64,000 nt of DNA from Gonapodya sp. JEL0774 (Eukaryota), in NCBI GenBank assembly GCA_027604505.1, contig JADIIX010000050.1, forward strand, positions 62,001 to 126,000, in the 5' to 3' direction. Positions 59,305 to 64,000 of the stretch are shown here, in pieces; positions within the stretch are counted from its first letter, which is position 1; each line of letters opens with the position of its first letter. Both the position numbers and the translations under genes were made by a program. Under the pieces are notes generated by a model. That model searched no databases. It saw nothing but the letters and a program-made list of their open reading frames with translations, and had not been told where the DNA came from.

Positions 59305-60333
59305 TCATGCGTGCACCATTCCGCCACCACTCAAGTGTCCGTTTCCCAGCAAATTGTGGCGTAACAAAATGTTCTCCACATCGCAAATATCGAAGCTACC
59401 CGTTGACATCTGATCCTGGATGTGCACTAAGTTGGCAACTAAATCTCCATTTCGATAACCCAGAATGGCAGGTAAAGCAACATCATCAAAATCCGGATCC
59501 GCATCAGTGGAAATAATGCGCAAAAATTTTACGCGGGGATATTTAGTGGCGAGTTTGTCCAGGTGACTGTTGAGAGTGATGCAGAGGGGGTGGTTCCTTT
59601 GGTAGAGGTGTATCACAACAGTTACGTGAGGGGCTTCAGAATCAATGGACTCGACGTAGTCATCTTGAGTGATCTCTGTGACAATGCCGAAGCTCTTGTG
59701 GGAATGTCGTTGGTGAGCCGCCCCGGAGAATGTGGATTTCTTCGGTGACTCGCCGGAACAGATGACACCACGACGGTCAGTGAGGTCGAATTCTCCGATC
59801 GCCATTCCATCAAGGTACTGTGCGAGACTGCGAGAGTCCCACTTCGTGCCTTCAAATTGGAATTGCACCTCCTCATCCCCACTTTCATCGCTTTCGTCCT
59901 CATAATCGTCGAGTCCCTCTTCCAAACGTCGATGATCACCCCACTTTTCCCGCTCCTCCCGCCTTTCCTGTCTCTGCATCCAGCCACTTTTCAATCCTTT
60001 GCCCATGAGCACTCGAGCCAATTCCTTTTCCCGGACCGCTGCCCTCGCCCGCTCCTGTTTTTCGTGGAACCGATAATCCGCCATCACGCCTTTGGGACCA
60101 GTCTGGGGTCCTCCATTTTCAATCTGCTGACGCAAGGCAGTGTCAGAAAGAATGTTGGCCAGAGATTGGTCGATTTCTTCCGTTCCTAACATCTCTTTAC
60201 GCCCGTTGGCGCCGGAGGATGACGGCAAGGACGACTGTCCTGCTCTTTCACGGGCTTCACGTGCATCTTCTTGTGCTAGGCCTTGCTGTGACCTCTCAAA
60301 GCGCTCGAGAATAGCCCCTTCAAGGTTCGACAT
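59305..60333 (-). CDS. Phosducin-like protein, class I (PhLP1)
   Basis: QTGPKGVMAD G-beta-gamma-binding motif; thioredoxin-like C-domain VVIHLY...C..LN..L..LA.KYPRVKF, LPAILGYRNGDL. Confidence 0.88.
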   Translation of the reverse strand: MSNLEGAILERFERSQQGLAQEDAREARERAGQSSLPSSSGANGRKEMLGTEEIDQSLANILSDTALRQQIENGGPQTGPKGVMADYRFHEKQERARAAVREKELARVLMGKGLKSGWMQRQERREEREKWGDHRRLEEGLDDYEDESDESGDEEVQFQFEGTKWDSRSLAQYLDGMAIGEFDLTDRRGVICSGESPKKSTFSGAAHQRHSHKSFGIVTEITQDDYVESIDSEAPHVTVVIHLYQRNHPLCITLNSHLDKLATKYPRVKFLRIISTDADPDFDDVALPAILGYRNGDLVANLVHIQDQMSTGSFDICDVENILLRHNLLGNGHLSGGGMVHA

Positions 60334-60486
60334 GTCCGCAGTTGATTGGTAGATTGAAGGGAGGAAGAGATGAGTGGAAAGCTGTGGTCATGGATGAGCA
60401 GGCACTGACTTGCGACTCATCCTCTAAGGACAAATTTACTCTAACAATCGTGCAAGCGAAACTCCATATAGTTTGAATTTAATACA

Positions 60487-61562
60487 TCAAAAGCATGTTC
60501 CTACAAGTGTAGAGTTTGGAAAAGAAGGAAAGGAAACAGAGTGCGATTCAGAAATGCCCTCCTCCACGCTGGAACTCATTAGGGCGCCTGTAGCCGCAAT
60601 GCTCATGCTATACAGCAGCGCCAAGGTTACAACTGTCCGACTCCTCCACGGAATGGTGCCCGAAATGTCCATGTTAACAACCTCCCTGTAAGTTAGGCCT
60701 GTAAGATCCACTGTCGACCATCTCAATATGAGTTGTTGATACACCAGCAATCCATCCAAATATTCCAAAAATTTCCTCATTTGCGCGTCGGAAACAAACA
60801 ATGACCAGTCTAAGCTTTGCAGAAAAGAGCGTTCCAGATCGTTCAGACTATTCGCGGAACTGAAGGTCAGCCTCAAGTGGCACCCGCCACGGCACATCGC
60901 ACACACCTCGGTAAAGAATAACGGCCCTGAGAGAAGTCAACCCAGTCCTTTTGTGTCCACGTCGCATCATTCAGTGATTTGTCGGCAACGATAACTGCAA
61001 TGAATAGCGTTGGGACGATGGTATCTCTAACACCTTCAACTTGGAAACGCCCGTTTGGTAAAAAAGTACCAAAAGAACGCATACTTTCAAGGTGAATCTG
61101 ACTCACTGTGAGGGTCAAGTCCGCGGGACTTTGTCATCGTCTGGAAACGATGCACAAAACAAAGAGCGAGGAGCCATGTCCCTATTGTGAGACGTGATCG
61201 TGGAATGAAGCGTCGGAAAAAAGTCACAGCCTCCACTTCCTCGTTGCTGAGCGGCTTGGAGACATTTGTCTCCGTGGGACTGGCGGAGAACAGGCGTAAG
61301 AGCGGAATCGTCAAGTCTCCAAACCAGTCTGGCACTGCTGATTCAGCCTCCCTAGAGAACTCGACATGACTCGAGAAAAGTGATCGGTAGGAGGTGAGAG
61401 GGTCGGCAAGCTTGCAGGGCAAGGGGTTTCGGAAGTGAGACTAGTTTGAAACAGGGAACGTGGTAACCCCGCTTCTCATATTACCTCGACCCCCTTCCGC
61501 AGAATGTGCTCTCGATGATCATGTTCACCCTGTTGCTTTCGTTTTAAGCCCCGTAACGTCAT
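60487..61562 (-). CDS. Pho80/Pas1-type cyclin with C-terminal hydrophobic segment (CNPPD1-like)
   Basis: Three introns join LLALCFVHRF, LFIAVIVADKSLND...W, LNDLERSFLQSLDWSLFVS, TYREV and hydrophobic VVTLALLYSMSIAATG in one frame from ATG 61562. Confidence 0.75.
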
Positions 61563-61640
61563 GGATGCTCGTGTGTTGTGACGGTTATCAAAGCTCTCAT
61601 ACACATATGTACATTACAACTTCAAAATTTATGGTCATTA

Positions 61641-63336
61641 TTATTTCTTCTTTGTAGTACCTTTAAGCTTTTTCGAAGCTGGTTCCTTCTTGATATCCGC
61701 CTGAGAATGTGGGATTAAGTCCTCGATACGCTTAGGTTGTGCAACCACTATCACCACAGTGAGATTTCTCACCTTTCGTTTGGTTGACGATGAGGATGAG
61801 GTCAAAGGGTCTTTAGTTTTGATCGAAAAGAAAGATTCCAATCGGCCCTGCGTCGCTTGGCCACGCTGCTTTTGTAGTTTCTTCACGCCGTTTCTGATCC
61901 GTTCCTCACTGGAGCCAAAGAAAGAAACAACCGTCAGATCAACCGAAATAGGATTAAGCGGCTCCTTCATACTTGAATCCCTTTTCCTTCACAAGAAACT
62001 CCACAATACCCTCCTCATCAGGATCTTCCCATTTAAGCTGGGTGGCGAGGAGCATCAATAATGACCATCAAATGCCACTGTCCGCACGAAATGACCCACA
62101 TCAACGGTCGTAGGATCAGTGGTGTCGGGAGTCTCAAAGAGCCGTCTAGCCTCTGCGTAAGGCCATTCCGCAGGTACAGCGTACTTCTTCGTATCAAGAT
62201 GTTTCAACACCTCTTCAATTGTACCATGTTTCTTGATCAATTCATAAGCCTTGGACGGTCCGATTCCCTTAATGGAGTCACAATACTGAGGAGAGAACCA
62301 TCAGATCAGAAAGTTACGTGCAGAAGGCAAGTGAGTACCTCCACTCACATCGCACCCAAGAAGAATACAAAGATCAATGAACTATTCAAGAGAAACAAGA
62401 ACAATGCAATGATATCGCAGAAGACGGTGAAGGTGCCCGAACAACATTACCTGCGCCATTGTCATGCCAAGACCAGCCAACGCTTTATCGAGGTGAATTT
62501 CGGCCACGGGTATCTTACGTTGCTCACTGAACGTCAAGTGGCGAACGAGAATCGGGGACCCGAACGTCAATGTGTCCATATCTTCTGAACCTGCACCGTA
62601 AACCTTTCCTGCCTTGCAGAGTACCGCGCACTGAGCTTCTGCTTCGCAGGGGGCCTTCCGATGGTGTAGCACTGGCTCACGCATCGATCAGCGAGCTAAG
62701 CTAGAAATCCCAAACCAACTCACGTCCATGTAAGGTATTCCCATCAGCTTTAGTAATCGCTTACATTCCTCGTTGTGTACCTTGGTCACCTTCACGGTTC
62801 GACGGCTGAACTTATCAAAACTTTCCGTGTCACCTGAAAAAGTGCATCGAAGAATTCATTGTTCTTCGAAGTTAGGTTTTACTCTGGCAACACCCGCTTA
62901 CCAGCCTCTTGTGCAGTTGCTGCCTCCTTTTCAGCTTCAGCCCTCCTTTCCTGCCGTTTCGCGAGCTCTCCGGATTTTAAAGTCGGGGGTTTTCCATCAA
63001 AGACATAGCAAGGCTTGATTCCGTTCTCCACCATCCTTATCGTGCGGTAGAAGATACCCATGAGGTGGCTGTATTGAATTGCGAAGGGAGCCAAAATAAT
63101 CTCCTGCCGTTCCACTGAGACGCAAGCCAAGTCACAGCGAGTCCGTACCTCGTGGTCTCGCCAGCTTCGTTGGTTAACTGCATGCCGTCTTGGCCTCGGA
63201 CTGCAATCATGAACTGATAAATGCTCATGGATGCATCTATCGCGACCTTGCGACCGAAAAAGTTCTTGATTTCACTCTCCCGCATCGCTTCAGGCGCGTG
63301 GTCTCCGATGACTTTCGAAAGCCCTTGAATACCCAT
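61641..63336 (-). CDS. FEN1: Flap endonuclease 1
   Basis: [57 protein letters not shown] box QGRLESFF. Confidence 0.97.
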
Positions 63337-63451
63337 CGCTTCGAATCAATGTTTTGAAATGGTGGGAGTTGGGAATTATCGGTTGATTTGACCACAGCTG
63401 GTTTGGGTTCCCTCGCAATCAGATCTCAAATCCAATGCCCCCCTTTCCAGA

Positions 63452-64000
63452 ATGACGAAGAAAGTTCAATTCCATCTAAATGTGATTTCACATGCTGGTG
63501 CTACGGAATACATCTTTCAGCCAACGGTCACGCCAAGATATGGCATCGATGTTGTCATTCTGGGGAGCATCTCTGCGTTCGCATACTGTGGTGTAAGTTT
63601 TGCAGCACGAACGGAGCCGACTCGCTCGGTGAGATTGATCTATGTACGACAATATCCAGGGAGGGGTTTTCGGAGCTTGGGCTTTCCTCTTCGCGATAAT
63701 GGTTTGGGTTCACACTAAATTGTATCAGGTCATCAGTGGTGAGTCGGAGCAATGTCATGAGTTTACGGAAGCTTCTGTAGACAAACTAAAATGGACGGAC
63801 AGAGTCTGTTCTGGCGGTCCGTGGTTTGGGACTTGAGTTGAGGACCCGACGGTTTGGTTGGACTTCTTCGGAGTTCATTGATGTGGCTCGAATCAGCGAT
63901 ATATTCATCAATGAAGGATTGCATGCATGCAGTGTGCGACCGTACATGGCAGTGCTTGTAGAAGACGAAGAGCATCCCCGACTAGTGTGCAAGGTGAGTG
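63452..64000 (+). CDS. GPI-GlcNAc transferase subunit PIG-H/Gpi15-like (partial, runs off window)
   Basis: Two hydrophobic segments, then ESVLAVRGLGLEL...FIDVARISDIFINEG...YMAVLVE, matching the PIG-H domain pattern. Confidence 0.75.

Noticed and set aside
60487..61422. Apparent frameshifted cyclin pseudogene (three ORFs)
   Set aside because: Canonical introns restore a single frame.

Overview
Gene-dense, intron-rich eukaryotic DNA (GT-AG introns mostly ~50-90 nt, intergenic gaps often <250 bp), most consistent with an early-diverging, probably flagellated fungus (chytrid/monoblepharid-like). The taxon is inferred from gene content (fungal-type housekeeping genes plus SMG8, a SAM-kinesin-13 and a CNPPD1-like cyclin), not proven. 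About 22 protein-coding genes can be rebuilt by hand across introns: UBE2O-like (partial), separase, pyruvate-kinase-like, PASK/PIM-like kinase, SMG8, a mitochondrial carrier, a large low-complexity orphan, an eLRR receptor-like protein, UGDH, COQ1, SEC23, TIM17, UTP14, PWP2, an ABC1 kinase/beta-lactamase fusion, PP1, SRRM1-like PWI protein, SAM-kinesin-13, phosducin-like protein, CNPPD1-like cyclin, FEN1 and PIG-H (partial). No RNA genes, CRISPR arrays or intact mobile elements were recognised. Best leads: (1) an intact pyruvate kinase homologue whose PEP/Mg-binding residues are replaced (ARGDLG to DRGYLG, ATQM to SNQM) while nucleotide-side residues are kept; (2) a plant-type ABC1K/beta-lactamase fusion; (3) a plant-style eLRR single-pass receptor; (4) SMG8 retention; (5) unusual splicing (at least five GC-AG introns, frequent AAG acceptors, a 6-nt microexon). 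Gene boundaries were assembled manually and several starts are approximate.
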